Part shown: positions 26,865 to 37,877 of the stretch, in pieces
Position numbering within the stretch: position 1 is the stretch's first letter
Layout: the number at the start of each line of letters is the position of its first letter
Origin: Candidatus Latescibacterota bacterium
GTDB taxonomy: Bacteria; Latescibacterota; UBA2968; UBA8231
Reading direction: 5' to 3'
Assembly: GCA_965206595.1 (NCBI GenBank)
Contig: OZ242214.1
Location: 5,312,001-5,376,000 of the forward strand
Length of the DNA stretch: 64,000 bases
The notes under the pieces: model-generated
What the model was told of the DNA's origin: nothing
The model's input: only the letters and a program-made list of their open reading frames with translations
The model's database searches: none
Translations under genes and position numbers: made by a program

Positions 26865-27016
26865 GCTTTAACGTGCTGAGTCGCTGAACATCCTCAAAAT
26901 GGGGTTTATACGAAGGAGTCAAGGTTGCCTGTCTGCCGGGAGAAGACCCGGCGGCCCACGGTCTCCGGGTTGCGCTCGATTCGCCGAATCCCCGGGAGCG
27001 TCGGGCTCGCCCCGTT

Positions 27017-28264
27017 CTACCGCACCTTCTCCTGCAGCTCAGCCGCCCCGGGGACCCCTGAGAACACCCTCTCCTCCTCGGCGCTCATGCGGTAGTCCCG
27101 CCTCGCCACAACCCGGCGCGCCACCGCGAGGGCCCGATCCGCGTCATACGGTTCGACCCGGTCGCCGTCGATCCAGGTGAAGCTGGGCACGAACCTGGGG
27201 GGCCGGGCCGCGGCGACGCTGGAGCTGAACCCGACGACGGCGCCGGTCGGGAAGCAGACGCCGATCGCGGCCTTGGAGTGGTCCCCCATCACCATGCCGG
27301 CGAAACGCTTTCCGGTCTCCACCTCTTCGCCGTTGATCGGCACCCGCACCGTCCCGTAGGTGTTCTTGAGGTCGCTGATGGTGCAGCCGGCGCCGAGGTT
27401 GGTCCACGAGCCGATGTAGCTGTGGCCGAGAAAGCCGAAGTGCTGCTTGTTGCCGTACTCCTGTAGAATGGAGGCCTCGATCTCGCCACCGACCCGGCAG
27501 GCCGGACCCAGCGAGGTGCCGCCGCGGATTGCGGCGTGCGGCTGCAGGATGCTGCCGGGGCCGATGCAGGCCGGCCCCTCGATGTAGGCGTGCGGGCGCA
27601 CGCGAACGCCGGTGTCGATGTACACCGGTCCGTCGCGGCTGTCGACGACCGTCCCCGGATCGAGCCGGGCGGAGCCGGCGACAAAGACATCCTCACCCAG
27701 CACCGTGACTCCCGGTCCGATCTGGCCGCGCTCGGAGCGGCCAAGGCCCAGCTGCTCCCACCCGGAGGCAAGGGCCTCGGCGTTTGCACCCACGATTTCC
27801 CACAGCCAGGACAACAGCCGGCAGTGGGCGCCGACGTCGCGGCGCGGGACCCCCTCCAGCAGCCGGGAGATCGCGGCGTCCTCCTGCAGGCCTTCGGCGG
27901 CGAGGGCGGCGGTGAGCTCGGCATCGGCAAGGATAGAGGCGATGCCTCCGTCAGCCGCGGTGCCGACCCAGGGTTTTTCTTCTGAGTTGCAGTCCGGAAG
28001 GGAAGACCAGAGGGCGCGGCCGTTGAGCAGCAGGGAAGGACCGGTCAGCCTCTCGTTGACCCCCAGGCCGGTCTGTTCCTTCACGAGGCCGGCGAGCCGG
28101 GGCCGGCAGGAAAGGGAGAGATCCGCGGCCGGCAGCTCCCGCAGCAGGGTGTGGACCCGGGACAGCAGGTCCCCCATGCCGCAGCGCAGCTGGAAGACGG
28201 CGCGCGTGTAGACGAGCGGCAGCAGCCGCGGCCAGCCTCCGTCTTCGTAGAGGACGACGTTCAT
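27017..28264 (-). CDS. GlmU-like putative sugar nucleotidyltransferase with hexapeptide repeats
   Basis: LLPLVYTRAVFQLRCG; left-handed beta-helix; NKQHFGFLGHSYIGSWTNLGAG..SDLKNTYG. Confidence 0.9.
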   Translation of the reverse strand: MNVVLYEDGGWPRLLPLVYTRAVFQLRCGMGDLLSRVHTLLRELPAADLSLSCRPRLAGLVKEQTGLGVNERLTGPSLLLNGRALWSSLPDCNSEEKPWVGTAADGGIASILADAELTAALAAEGLQEDAAISRLLEGVPRRDVGAHCRLLSWLWEIVGANAEALASGWEQLGLGRSERGQIGPGVTVLGEDVFVAGSARLDPGTVVDSRDGPVYIDTGVRVRPHAYIEGPACIGPGSILQPHAAIRGGTSLGPACRVGGEIEASILQEYGNKQHFGFLGHSYIGSWTNLGAGCTISDLKNTYGTVRVPINGEEVETGKRFAGMVMGDHSKAAIGVCFPTGAVVGFSSSVAAARPPRFVPSFTWIDGDRVEPYDADRALAVARRVVARRDYRMSAEEERVFSGVPGAAELQEKVR

Positions 28265-28311
28265 GGAAGGTGGCGCTGACTCCGGGGAGGCCGCGTGCCG
28301 CGACGCCTCCC

Positions 28312-30144
28312 TCACTCCACGGTCACGCTCTTGGCGAGGTTTCTCGGCTTGTCGACGTCGTGGCCGCGGATGAGAGCGGCGTGATAGGCCAGCAGCTGCA
28401 GCGGAACCGTGGTCAGGATGGGGGACAGCAGCGGCAGCGTCGGCGGCACGTAGAGGACTTCCTCGGCCAGCCTCTCCAGCTGGCTGTCTCCCCGGTTGGC
28501 GACGGCGATGACGCGGCCCTGGCGGCTGCGCACCTCCTCGATGTTGGCCAGCACCTTGTTGTAGGTATGGTCGCGCGGGGCGATCACCACCACCGGCATG
28601 CCATCGTCGATCAGGGCGATGGGGCCGTGCTTCATCTCGGCGGCGGGCAGCCCTTCGGCGTGGATGTAGCTGAGCTCTTTCAGCTTCAGGGCCCCCTCCA
28701 GCGCCACCGGGTAGTTGACCCCGCGGCCGAGGTAGAGCCAGTTGTCCCACCCGGTGAGCCGGTCGGCCAGGGCCGCCACCTGGCGGTCGAGCTCCAGGGT
28801 TTCAGTCACCTTGTCGGAGATCTTCTCGAGCTCCTTCAGGATGGCGACGGTGCGCTCCGCCGAAAGGTGGCGCCGCCGCCCGAGGTCGAGGGCGATCATC
28901 GCCAGCACGGCGATCTGGGCGGTGAAGGCCTTGGTGCTGGCGACCCCGATTTCCGGCCCGACGTGCAGATAGACGCCGGCCGCGGTTTCCCGGGCCAGCG
29001 TCGACCCGACGGCGTTGACGACGCCGAACGCCGCGGCTCCCTTGGTGCGCATCTCGGACAGCGCGGCGAGGACGTCGGCGGTTTCTCCCGACTGGCTGAT
29101 GGTGACGCAGACGGTGCCGGTCTCGACGACGGGATTTCGGTAGCGCAGCTCGCTGGCGTACTCGACCTCGGTCGGGATGCGCGTCCACTCCTCGAGCAGG
29201 TACTCGCCGATCAGGCCGGCGTGCCAGGCCGTGCCGCAGCCGGTTAGAACCAGCCGGCCGCAATTGGCCAGCTCTTCTTCCAAGGCCTGCAGTCCGCCGA
29301 GGTGAACGCGGCCGGAGCGCAGGTCGAGGCGCCCGCGCATGCAGTTGCGAAGCCCTTCCGGCTGCTCGTGGATCTCCTTGAGCATGAAGGACGGGTAGCC
29401 GCCCAGCTCGATCTGCTCGAGGGTGGTCTCGAGGACGTCGGTTTCGCGATGCACCGGCTGCGCGTCCCCTGTCGACACGTGCAGCCCGTCGGCGTCGATG
29501 CGGGCGATTTCGTGGTCTTCGAGGTAGAGGACCTGGCTGGTGTGCTCGACGATGGCGTTGCCGTCCGAGGCGACCAGGTATTCCCCGTCTCCCACGCCGA
29601 CGATCAGCGGGCTGCCGCGGCGTGCCGCGACGAGGGTGTCGGCGGCATCGGTGCAGACCAGGGCGATGCCGAAGGTGCCGTCGACTTCCTTCAGGGCGGT
29701 GCGCACGCTGTCCATCAGGTCGCCGGACCCGGCGTAGAGGAACCCGATCAGCTGCACCAGGGACTCGGTGTCGGTTTCCGTCAGGAACTCGACCCCCTCT
29801 CTTTCGAGGTAGGCGCGCACCGCGGCGTGATTCTCGATGATGCCGTTGTGGACGAGGGCGATGCGGCCGGTCGCGTCGACGTGGGGGTGGGCGTTGCCGT
29901 CGGTGGGTGCGCCGTGGGTGGCCCAGCGGGTATGGGCGATTCCGACCGAACCGGCAACAGGTTCGCCGTCGAGGCGGGATTCCAGGTCGGCGATGCGGCC
30001 CGCGGTCTTCCAGAGGCGGAACGACCCGGAATCGAGGGAGCAGACCCCGGCCGAGTCGTAGCCGCGGTATTCGAGCCGGCGCAACCCGTTGAGAAGCACT
30101 TCGCGGAGGGATTTCCTGCCGGCGTATCCGATTATTCCACACAT
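28312..30144 (-). CDS. glmS: Glutamine--fructose-6-phosphate aminotransferase
   Basis: MCGIIG, LEYRGYDSAG, HTRWATHG, SQSGETAD, EMKHGP, DKPRNLAKSVTVE. Confidence 0.99.
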   Translation of the reverse strand: MCGIIGYAGRKSLREVLLNGLRRLEYRGYDSAGVCSLDSGSFRLWKTAGRIADLESRLDGEPVAGSVGIAHTRWATHGAPTDGNAHPHVDATGRIALVHNGIIENHAAVRAYLEREGVEFLTETDTESLVQLIGFLYAGSGDLMDSVRTALKEVDGTFGIALVCTDAADTLVAARRGSPLIVGVGDGEYLVASDGNAIVEHTSQVLYLEDHEIARIDADGLHVSTGDAQPVHRETDVLETTLEQIELGGYPSFMLKEIHEQPEGLRNCMRGRLDLRSGRVHLGGLQALEEELANCGRLVLTGCGTAWHAGLIGEYLLEEWTRIPTEVEYASELRYRNPVVETGTVCVTISQSGETADVLAALSEMRTKGAAAFGVVNAVGSTLARETAAGVYLHVGPEIGVASTKAFTAQIAVLAMIALDLGRRRHLSAERTVAILKELEKISDKVTETLELDRQVAALADRLTGWDNWLYLGRGVNYPVALEGALKLKELSYIHAEGLPAAEMKHGPIALIDDGMPVVVIAPRDHTYNKVLANIEEVRSRQGRVIAVANRGDSQLERLAEEVLYVPPTLPLLSPILTTVPLQLLAYHAALIRGHDVDKPRNLAKSVTVE

Positions 30145-30261
30145 ACTGGTATCAGCTGATCGATTCGAGAAAACAGGGGACGGGAGGGCAGGCGGGCGGG
30201 AGGAACGCCGTCCGACAAAGATAGCGAAATGCCACTGGAGACGTGGCCGCGCCTGACCGCT

Positions 30262-32061
30262 TCAGCCGGCGAGGGCGGCAGCCTCGTCGACGCGCTGCCG
30301 GATGAGGTCGCACCCTCCCTGCCAGAAATCGCGCGAGGACACGTCGATTCCGAGGCCGGCGAGCAGTTCGGCCGGTGCCCGCGAACTCCCGGCAGCCAGC
30401 AGCTCGAAGTAGCGATCGACGAACGCTTCCCCCTCGCTCCGGTAGCGGGCGTAGAGGGCGAGCACCAGCAGTTCCCCGAAGGCGTAGGCGTATACGTAGA
30501 ACGGCACGTCGACGATGTGGGGGATGTAGAGCCACCAGCAGGCGTGGTCGTCGCCGAGGGTGAGAGCGTCGCCGAACATCGCCTGCATGTTGCGCTGCCA
30601 GAGCTCGTCGAACCGTTCGGAGGGCAACTCTCCCTCCTCGCGGCGGGCGCGGTGGGCCTGCTGCTCGAAGCGGTACATCGCTATCTGCCGGAAGACGGTG
30701 GCGAAGGTGTCTTCGATCTTTCCGCACAGGAGGGCCAGGCGCTCCCCGTCCGATTCGAGCTCCCCCCGCAGGCGGTCGAACACCAGCATCTCGGCGAAGG
30801 TGCTCGCCGTCTCCGCCATCGGCAGCACGGGGTGGTAGTCGAGAAGGTGGTTGCCGCTGGCGAGGACGTCGTGAATCCCGTGGCCGAGCTCGTGCGCCAG
30901 GGTCATGACGTCCCGGGGGGAGTCGGTGTAGTTGAGGAAGACGTAGGGATGCAGGTCGGGGGTGATGCCGGCACAGTAGGCGCCCCCGCGCTTGCCGTCG
31001 GCCAGGGCGGCATCGATCCAGCGTCTCTCGAAGAAGGGCTCGCAGATGTCGAGGAGGCGGGGCGAGAACTCGGCGAACGACCCGAGCACGATGTCGCGCG
31101 CCTGTCCGAAGGGGATTTTCGATTCCTCGCCGGATATCGGGGCGTAGCGGTCGTAGTGGGTGAGCTCGTCGAGGCCGAGGAGCCGCCGTTTGAGGTGGTA
31201 GTATGCTGCCACGGTGCCGTAGTTCGCGGCGCAGACCTCGCTGACCGTGTCGACGACGACGCCGCTCAGCTCGTTGTTCAGATGGCGGCTGTCCTCAGGG
31301 GCGCGGTAGGACCGCAGGCGGTCGAGTACCTCCTTTTCGTGCAGCAGGGTGTTGTAGATGAAGGTGCAGACGTGGGTGTTCCGCCGCAGTCCCCCGGTGA
31401 TCGCCGCGGCCGCCCGCCTGCGGGTGTCGCGGTCGGGATCGTAGAGCAGCACGAGGATTTCACTCTGCGTTTTCTCGACCACCACCCCCTCTTCCTCTAT
31501 CCGGAACCGGGTCCGCGAGTTGACCTCGGTGGCGAGGCGGGCGAAGGCGCTCCCCCGCGAGTTGGCGGTCTCGACGAGGATCTTTTCTTCCGGTTCGCTG
31601 AGATTGTGCGCCGCCATCCTCCGCTCATGGTCGAGGTAGTGCCGGTAGGGGGCCAGCTCCGGAGTGTCCTTGATGCGATCGTACGTCTTCAGTGGAATGC
31701 GGCCGATCTCGAGGTCGAAGAAGACCAGGCGGGTGGCTGTGGAACTGTCGAATTCCCGCGTCTTCTGCAACAGCCCCCCGCGCGCCGGATCGGTGGTGTC
31801 GGTCGAGTAGAGCAGACCGGCGTAAGCCCCCGGTTTGTACTGCAAGGTCAGCAGATCCTGGTAGTCGGCGAGGGCTTGGCGAAGATGCACCGCGGAGAGG
31901 CCGGAAACGGCGATCGTGCCTTTGTACTTCCGCTCGAACTGCTGCGCCCGCCGGGACGTTTCCCCCATGTCGCCGTCGAGACGCGGATCGTCGCCGCCGG
32001 CATAGAGGTCGGACAGGTCCCAGGTAGGAAGGGCTTCGGTTTCCCGAGGGGATCGGGTCAT
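30262..32061 (-). CDS. M3B oligoendopeptidase F
   Basis: WDLSDLY, GKRGGAYC, TLAHELGHGIH, AETASTFAE, FYVYAYAFG. Confidence 0.95.
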   Translation of the reverse strand: MTRSPRETEALPTWDLSDLYAGGDDPRLDGDMGETSRRAQQFERKYKGTIAVSGLSAVHLRQALADYQDLLTLQYKPGAYAGLLYSTDTTDPARGGLLQKTREFDSSTATRLVFFDLEIGRIPLKTYDRIKDTPELAPYRHYLDHERRMAAHNLSEPEEKILVETANSRGSAFARLATEVNSRTRFRIEEEGVVVEKTQSEILVLLYDPDRDTRRRAAAAITGGLRRNTHVCTFIYNTLLHEKEVLDRLRSYRAPEDSRHLNNELSGVVVDTVSEVCAANYGTVAAYYHLKRRLLGLDELTHYDRYAPISGEESKIPFGQARDIVLGSFAEFSPRLLDICEPFFERRWIDAALADGKRGGAYCAGITPDLHPYVFLNYTDSPRDVMTLAHELGHGIHDVLASGNHLLDYHPVLPMAETASTFAEMLVFDRLRGELESDGERLALLCGKIEDTFATVFRQIAMYRFEQQAHRARREEGELPSERFDELWQRNMQAMFGDALTLGDDHACWWLYIPHIVDVPFYVYAYAFGELLVLALYARYRSEGEAFVDRYFELLAAGSSRAPAELLAGLGIDVSSRDFWQGGCDLIRQRVDEAAALAG

Positions 32062-32178
32062 GGGGTTTCCTGTTGAATATTGACTCCTTCGTTAACAACC
32101 CGGTTTCAGACAGGGATTCTGCTTGAAACGCTTGAAACCTAAATTTTACGACAATCAACGAATCTGGAATACGCAGGC

Positions 32179-34244
32179 ATGATGAGACTGCCTCAGTGCT
32201 TTATCGTCTCGTGGCCTCGGATCGGGGCTTCGAGGGCCTTTATTCGGCATCGAAAGCGACTTTTTCTTCCTTTTTTCAGCCCATCGCCGGGCTCAAGGCT
32301 CCGGGTTTGGGCGCCCGGACCATTGGCGGCATGCGCTCTGACGATGCTGGTGCCCCGTCTCCTCGTGGGTCTCACTGTCTACAGAATTGGTGGAGACAGC
32401 TTGCCACCTCCCGCTGAAGTTGGCGACGGCGACGCCGCTTTTGTTTTTGTGGAATGGGAGGATATCGGGAAGGAGGGTGCAGCCCATCAATTGGATATTG
32501 GAGTCGGCATCTGGATATTGGAGTCGGCATCAAGCCCCGCCAGCATGACCCCCATTTGAACCTGGTACCCCAAGCGAAACAGAGGATGCAGAAGGAACTA
32601 GGCCTCGAGTTCGGTTTACCAGGAGCGGCCTTGGACGGCGATCTGTCCACTGCATGGCAGGCGGAAGAGTACTTTTGTCTCTCTTACGGTGATCACATCG
32701 GAAGGATTCTCTGCGATGAGGATGGGTACAGTCGTCGCGAGAGAGTGTCGATCGACCTCGGGGCGGAGTTGCTTCTCGAGCGCATCCGCATCGTATCTGG
32801 TCTGGAGGATCCGCGCCGAATAGCCCGGGACTTCAAAGTCTCAATCTCACCGGTGCGTGCCGTTTACCTTGATCCTTTCTCAGACGAGGGCGTAACCCGG
32901 CGAATACCCTTCTGGGCTCTACCCCGTGAACTGCACGTCACTGACAACGTGCAGCAGGTACGTGAGGTTGTTGTGCCTGCGCAACATCGACGTGCGATTG
33001 CTTTCGCCATATCACTGGGAGAACATGACACCCCATGGGATGTGGTTGAGATCGAAGCATATGCACGTGGTGTCGTAAGACTCGGCGTCTTACGTTTCCA
33101 GAATCCTCGATATGGGAGGACGGGGGGAGTGTGGGGGGAAATCAGGTGGTCTGGTCGAGAAAGCGATGGCTCGGAAGTTTTTCTCCAGACGAGAAGCGGA
33201 CGTGACAGTACACCATTCCGGTATTGGCGCTTTACAGGGCGTGGAACTGAAAGACAACAGGTCGACGAGGATGGCTACTCCAGGCTCCATGTCGGGGAGC
33301 GAGCTGGATTGACGTACGACGTTGAGAACTGGGATCCATGGGCTTCGCGGTATGAATTCGCGGACAGTCTGGGCACGGAGATCGTCCAGACAGCTCCACA
33401 TCAATTCTTCCAAGTAAAGGTGGACCTGGTGTCCAGCGGGGAAGTGGGACCGCAGCTGGATTATCTGGAAATCCTGGCTTCGAATCCTCCTGCAGCAATA
33501 TCCCTGACCGGGGAGGTATCGCCCAACATTGCGGAAGCAGGCAAGAGAACCACGTTCACGTACGTGGTGCGCCCCGAACTCTCGAAATCGGACCGTGGTT
33601 TTGACACTATGGAGCTCACGGCGACAAGTGCTCTAATACGGAACATCGACGATGTCCGATTGGACGGTTCTTCAGTGGATTTTTCGGTTGAAGAGAGCCG
33701 GGATGGGTTGTTCAGCGTGAAGTTCCCCAGGGTGGATTTTGCGCAAACCGGGAAGTTCATTGAAGTCGTGTTTGATGCTGAAGTCATGCGGAACGAGACG
33801 AAATTCGAAGCCCGTGTCCGCGACGGTTCGAAGCCCTATGAAGTCCCGCAACCGATTCTCGACGGGGACGCAAGCGATGAGTTCTCTGGGAACCGAACGT
33901 CGGTGAGAACATCGGCGTCAATCAATTCCATCTTGGAAACCAGCAAAAAAAGAATCGTGCTGACGCCAAATGATGATGGAGTCAATGACTGGGTCGACCT
34001 CCACTTCGTGCTCTTGGAGATAGTCGATCCGGTACCTTTGTTGGTGCGCATACATGATCTCAGCGGCGCGGTCCTGTGTCCATTGATGAGACATCCTGTG
34101 GACCTGGGCCGGCACCGAGTCAGGTGGGATGGCCGCGATAATGCTGGTAGTATCGTTGCGCCCGGTATATACCTCTATACCGTGGAGGCCGAGGCGGACG
34201 CCGGGACCGTTCGGAAAAGCGGGTTGATTCACGTGGTTTACTAG
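32179..34244 (+). pseudogene. Secreted FlgD-Ig-domain protein, frameshifted by a 20-bp tandem duplication
   Basis: C-terminal LTPNDDGVND and WDGRDNAG.IVAPGIYLY. Removing one copy of the 20-mer at 32492-32531 fuses ORF 32179 with ORF 32454. True start uncertain. Confidence 0.75.
32492..32531 (+). repeat. Perfect 20-bp tandem duplication TGGATATTGGAGTCGGCATC x2
   Basis: Read directly from the sequence. Confidence 0.97.
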
Positions 34245-34280
34245 CAACCGGGAGGGTTCCGGTCGATGGATCGGATTGGG

Positions 34281-35382
34281 TCATGGGGTTGGCCATTCCG
34301 GGCGGGAGCCCCGTCGCGTCAAACCGAGCAGCACCCGCTCTATCCAGAGTGGATTCCTGGGATGCAAGTATTCGCACAAGTCCCACCAGTACCGCACCTG
34401 TCGCGCATGTCGAACTATATCGAACATCAGGCGCAGTTCGAAATCGAACTCCGGATTGACACCGCGCAGGGTTCCGTAGGCGTTGCGAAGGCCTTCGACA
34501 TAGTGCGTCTCGCGGTTACTTCCCGGGGGACAGGATGAACCTCGCGCCGTGTGCGTGGCGATGCTGCCCTCGGCCTTTTTCAGGTCGGTAATTGCGGGTC
34601 CGAGCCGAGCCGCCTGAAAGTCGAAGAGGCCGCTGATCCGCACGCGCCTGCCGTTTTCCTCAACGAGCAGATTGTGCAAGCCCACCTCTACCTTCAGCAG
34701 CACCTCATCGCCCTTCTCCCCTCTGAACTCTGCCGCGCTCAGACATCGCCGGAGCCGGCGCTCAAACCCGGGAACCTGCGCTTCCAGTTCCCTCCTGAGG
34801 GTTGCGTTCCCCAGGAGAGTCTCTTCGACACTTTGAGGACCCTCCGGGAGGGCCGGCAGGCCCGCTGGCGGAGTCGGCTCGTGGATCCGGCCCAGCATCA
34901 CCCCCAGCTGCTCCGCCAGGGACAGACGCAGTTCGTGACTGGTCTGCTCGAAGAAGATTTCGCCCTGGCGGCCTTCCAGTCTGTTCGAGATCAGGTAGGG
35001 GTGTGGGAGCAGAGCGCCGCTCTCATCCAGTTCGCACTTCTCCGACACCGGTACTTCATCGGCACGTTGCAGAGCGCGGATCGCCCGGTGTTCCTGACGC
35101 AGGGACCATCCAGGCAACGAGCGGGTCTGGATCTTGATGATGAAGGATTCGCCCGTCGATGTACTGCTTGAGACGGGCCCAGTTGGTGAAGCCATGCTCG
35201 CGGGCGATGACGGACTGAGCGTTGCGCAGAGGGAAGGCCACCGGATCCTGGGGGACCGGCCAGCGCTGTCGGTGTACGCGCAGGTTGGCTTGCGCATTAC
35301 CTGCTGCCACGGCATCGCGCAGCTCTCGAGCCCGGAGCTTGAGTTGATCTATGTCGGGACGGGTGGGAAGGGGGGTATACAT
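34281..35382 (-). pseudogene. N-terminal LPxRP...AQ..IARE.GF..W domain plus APH-like phosphotransferase, frameshifted near 35150
   Basis: LPTRPDIDQLK...AQSVIAREHGFTNWARLK in one frame; FIIKI, LGRIH, LHNLLV and SGLFDFQ in another. The catalytic HxD appears degenerate. Confidence 0.65.
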
Positions 35383-35384
35383 GG

Positions 35385-35500
35385 GCGATCTCCTTTCCAA
35401 GAATGGCCTGGTGTCCGCAGAACAGGCAGAAAGAAGAATCGTTTGCAGTGAGGCTGGTTCGCAGGTGGGACTCGGTCCCTTGCCGCGGACTGGAGGCTCC
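35385..35500 (-). promoter_or_regulatory. Candidate structured 5' leader sequestering the RBS
   Basis: On the minus strand TTCTTTC-TGCCTG...CAGGC...GAAAGGAG can pair over the SD; an upstream GTCCGCGG can pair with the loop CTGCGGAC. Confidence 0.35.
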
Positions 35501-35661
35501 CTATGAGCAACTAGGGGCAGGACAAGGCAGAAGAGTCAGGACGGCAAGCTCTCCGAGACCTGTTCGGTCGGTGCCGAGCCCACGCCCTCACTCCAGGAGC
35601 AGCGGTGCCTTGCATTCACCTTGTCGCCAGGCGTCCCGCGGCAATTCGTTGAACCCGGGTG

Positions 35662-36792
35662 TCAACCGCTCGCCACCAGCTGCCCCGCCCTCACCGTCGC
35701 CAGCGGCTCCCAGCAGCCCCCCGGCCGCTCGACGTCCAGGGTGTCGCGCAGCCGGCCCTCCTCGTTCCACTGCAGCAGCGCGAGGTCGGCGCAGGCCCCG
35801 GCCGCCAGGGTGCCGGCCTCCCCCTTCAGCCCGAGCAGCTCGGCAGGCCGCGCCGTTGCCCGCGCCAGGACCTCGGCTTCCGGCATGCCGGCGGCGATGA
35901 ACTTCGACATCGTTCTCGGCAGGTCGTGCTGCGGGTCGCTGCCGACGTGGCGGCTGTACTGATCGGTGGAAACGGTGTCGGGGTAGAACCCCTCGGCGAT
36001 GGCGGGCTCGACGTGGGCGAAGCTGAAGGACCTCATGCCGTGGCAGCCGTCGAACAGCACCCCCCGCTCCTTCGCCTCCCATACCGCCGATCGAACCTTG
36101 CCGCCGGCGATGATGTTGTCCTCGAGGAAGCTGAAGGTGTAGGTGAGGAGGTCGCCGGCCCGCAGGCAGGGCAGCTGCTCCTCGAGGGGGTAGTCGCTTT
36201 TGAACCGCGGTCCGTAGAGAACGGGGCGGCCGCTGCGCCCGGCCGCCTCGATTCCCCGGCGCAGGATCTCTCGCGGGTCGTGGGAGACCGCGGGGTTGTA
36301 CATGGTGTTGAAGGCGATGCCCCAGATCTCCTCCCCGGCCGCGAGGATGGTGCCGGCGCAGAGATCGACGTCGGCGTTGTCGAGGTGCTCGAAACAGTGG
36401 CCCTCCTGCGACTCGCCGTGTTTCGACAGGTGCAGGGCGAGCCGCACCCGCGTGCGGCAGCCGCCGATCACCTCGTCCCGGTAGGCCGGCCAGTTGAGGG
36501 CCCCGGCGTCCCCCTGCGACATGCAGGTCGTGACCCCGCGCGGCAGGAAGTGCTCGTCCGGGTCGATGCCGTAGCGCGACCCGCCCCGGGCCGGGTGGGC
36601 GTGCATGTCGACGAGGCCGGGCAGGAGCAGGGCATCCGGGTAGTCGAGGGTTTGCGCGGCCGTTCCCGTGACCTCGGGACCGGAGGCGGCGATGCGGTCG
36701 CCGCGCACGGCGACGGCGCCCGGGCCGTCGAGGCCGGTGTCGGCGCAGAAGACGCGGCCGGCCGTAATCAGCAGATCGTAGTCGGTCGTCAT
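35662..36792 (-). CDS. Amidohydrolase/deacetylase (dihydroorotase-like) family
   Basis: PGLVDMHAH, GVTT..SQGDAG, FDGCHG..SFSF, PDTVSTD. Confidence 0.9.
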   Translation of the reverse strand: MTTDYDLLITAGRVFCADTGLDGPGAVAVRGDRIAASGPEVTGTAAQTLDYPDALLLPGLVDMHAHPARGGSRYGIDPDEHFLPRGVTTCMSQGDAGALNWPAYRDEVIGGCRTRVRLALHLSKHGESQEGHCFEHLDNADVDLCAGTILAAGEEIWGIAFNTMYNPAVSHDPREILRRGIEAAGRSGRPVLYGPRFKSDYPLEEQLPCLRAGDLLTYTFSFLEDNIIAGGKVRSAVWEAKERGVLFDGCHGMRSFSFAHVEPAIAEGFYPDTVSTDQYSRHVGSDPQHDLPRTMSKFIAAGMPEAEVLARATARPAELLGLKGEAGTLAAGACADLALLQWNEEGRLRDTLDVERPGGCWEPLATVRAGQLVASG

Positions 36793-37856
36793 GGAGATCG
36801 CGGGTCCTGTCCGGCGTATTCGTTGTTGACCGCCTGCAGGAGCGCCCGCATGTAGGCGATGGAATAGGCGGTGCCGGCACGGCTGCCGCCGATGATCTCG
36901 GGGATGTGGTCGGGGATCACCGCCCCGTCGTACTCCACCGCCCGCAACGCCTGCATCACCCGGTGCATGTCCTGGTAGCCGTCGTCCATCAGGGTCTCGA
37001 CGCAGAGCTCGGGCATCGGGTTGGAGACGTTGCGGAAGTGGACCTTGAACAGCTTGTCGCGGCTGCCGAAGTAATGGATCGCCTCTTCGACGCTGCCGCC
37101 CATCCCCTGCTTGCCCCCTTCGAGCCAGCAACCGACGCAGAGGCAGACGCCGATGTTGGGGCTGTCGGCCATGTCGATGGCCCGCTTGTACCCGGCGAAG
37201 TTGCCGAACAGGCAGCGGGGCACGCCGCCGAGGGCGTAGACCGGGGGGTCGTCGGGGTGGATGCCGACGTAGACCCCGGCCTCCTCGGCCGCGGGTGCGA
37301 GCCTGCGGATCAGGTAGTCGTAGTTGTCCCACAGCTCTTCCTCGGTGTAGCGGCGGCCGTGGGTCAACTCCCCCGGGAAGGTCCGGTCCCCCCAGCGCCC
37401 GACGGCGTTGGCGACGTCGATGGTGCGGGCGGTCATGCCGCCGCGGCGGGTGGTTTGGCCGGTGCTCCAGATGCCGTTGCCCATGTGGGCGTAGGTGTGA
37501 TAGTGGATGCCGGCCTCGCCGAGGTTGCCGATGAAGCGGATCAGCTCCTCGACCTTGGCGTCCCGCCCCGGCAGGTTCAGGGTGATTTCAGGGACGTTGT
37601 GCACCCCGTGGTGGGCGATGCGGTAGATCTGCAGGCCGAACCCGGCGAAGCGGGCCTTGAGCCGCCTGTAGGTCTCGACCGTGTGCAGCGCCGGGTCGCG
37701 GATGCCGACCATCAGCCATTCGATGCCGAGCTGCTGGTGAAACCGCAGGTCTTCGTCGCTGGCGTCGTGGGAAGCCTGCCCGGCGACCTGGATTCCCGGT
37801 GTCGTCGAGAAGAAGCCGGGAACGGCGCGCAACGGGTAGCGTTTGTCGGTGCTCAT
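36789..37856 (-). CDS. Mannonate dehydratase (UxuA) family protein
   Basis: LWDNY..LI....PAAEEAGV..GIHPDDPP, VHFRNV, IPDH.P. Confidence 0.9.
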   Translation of the reverse strand: MSTDKRYPLRAVPGFFSTTPGIQVAGQASHDASDEDLRFHQQLGIEWLMVGIRDPALHTVETYRRLKARFAGFGLQIYRIAHHGVHNVPEITLNLPGRDAKVEELIRFIGNLGEAGIHYHTYAHMGNGIWSTGQTTRRGGMTARTIDVANAVGRWGDRTFPGELTHGRRYTEEELWDNYDYLIRRLAPAAEEAGVYVGIHPDDPPVYALGGVPRCLFGNFAGYKRAIDMADSPNIGVCLCVGCWLEGGKQGMGGSVEEAIHYFGSRDKLFKVHFRNVSNPMPELCVETLMDDGYQDMHRVMQALRAVEYDGAVIPDHIPEIIGGSRAGTAYSIAYMRALLQAVNNEYAGQDPRSP

Positions 37857-37877
37857 GGGACTCCTTGGGAACGGGGT

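Noticed and set aside
26573-27016. Cobalamin riboswitch or oriC interpretation of this intergenic region
   Set aside because: No B12-box motifs, no downstream gene start and no cluster of DnaA boxes (TTATCCACA).
30145-30261. Possible glmS ribozyme upstream of glmS
   Set aside because: The gap is short and I see no glmS ribozyme core sequence.
26909-32092. Shared 13-mer TTGACTCCTTCGT (minus strand near 26909-26921, plus strand near 32080-32092)
   Set aside because: Only two copies; explicable as a -35-like hexamer plus chance.
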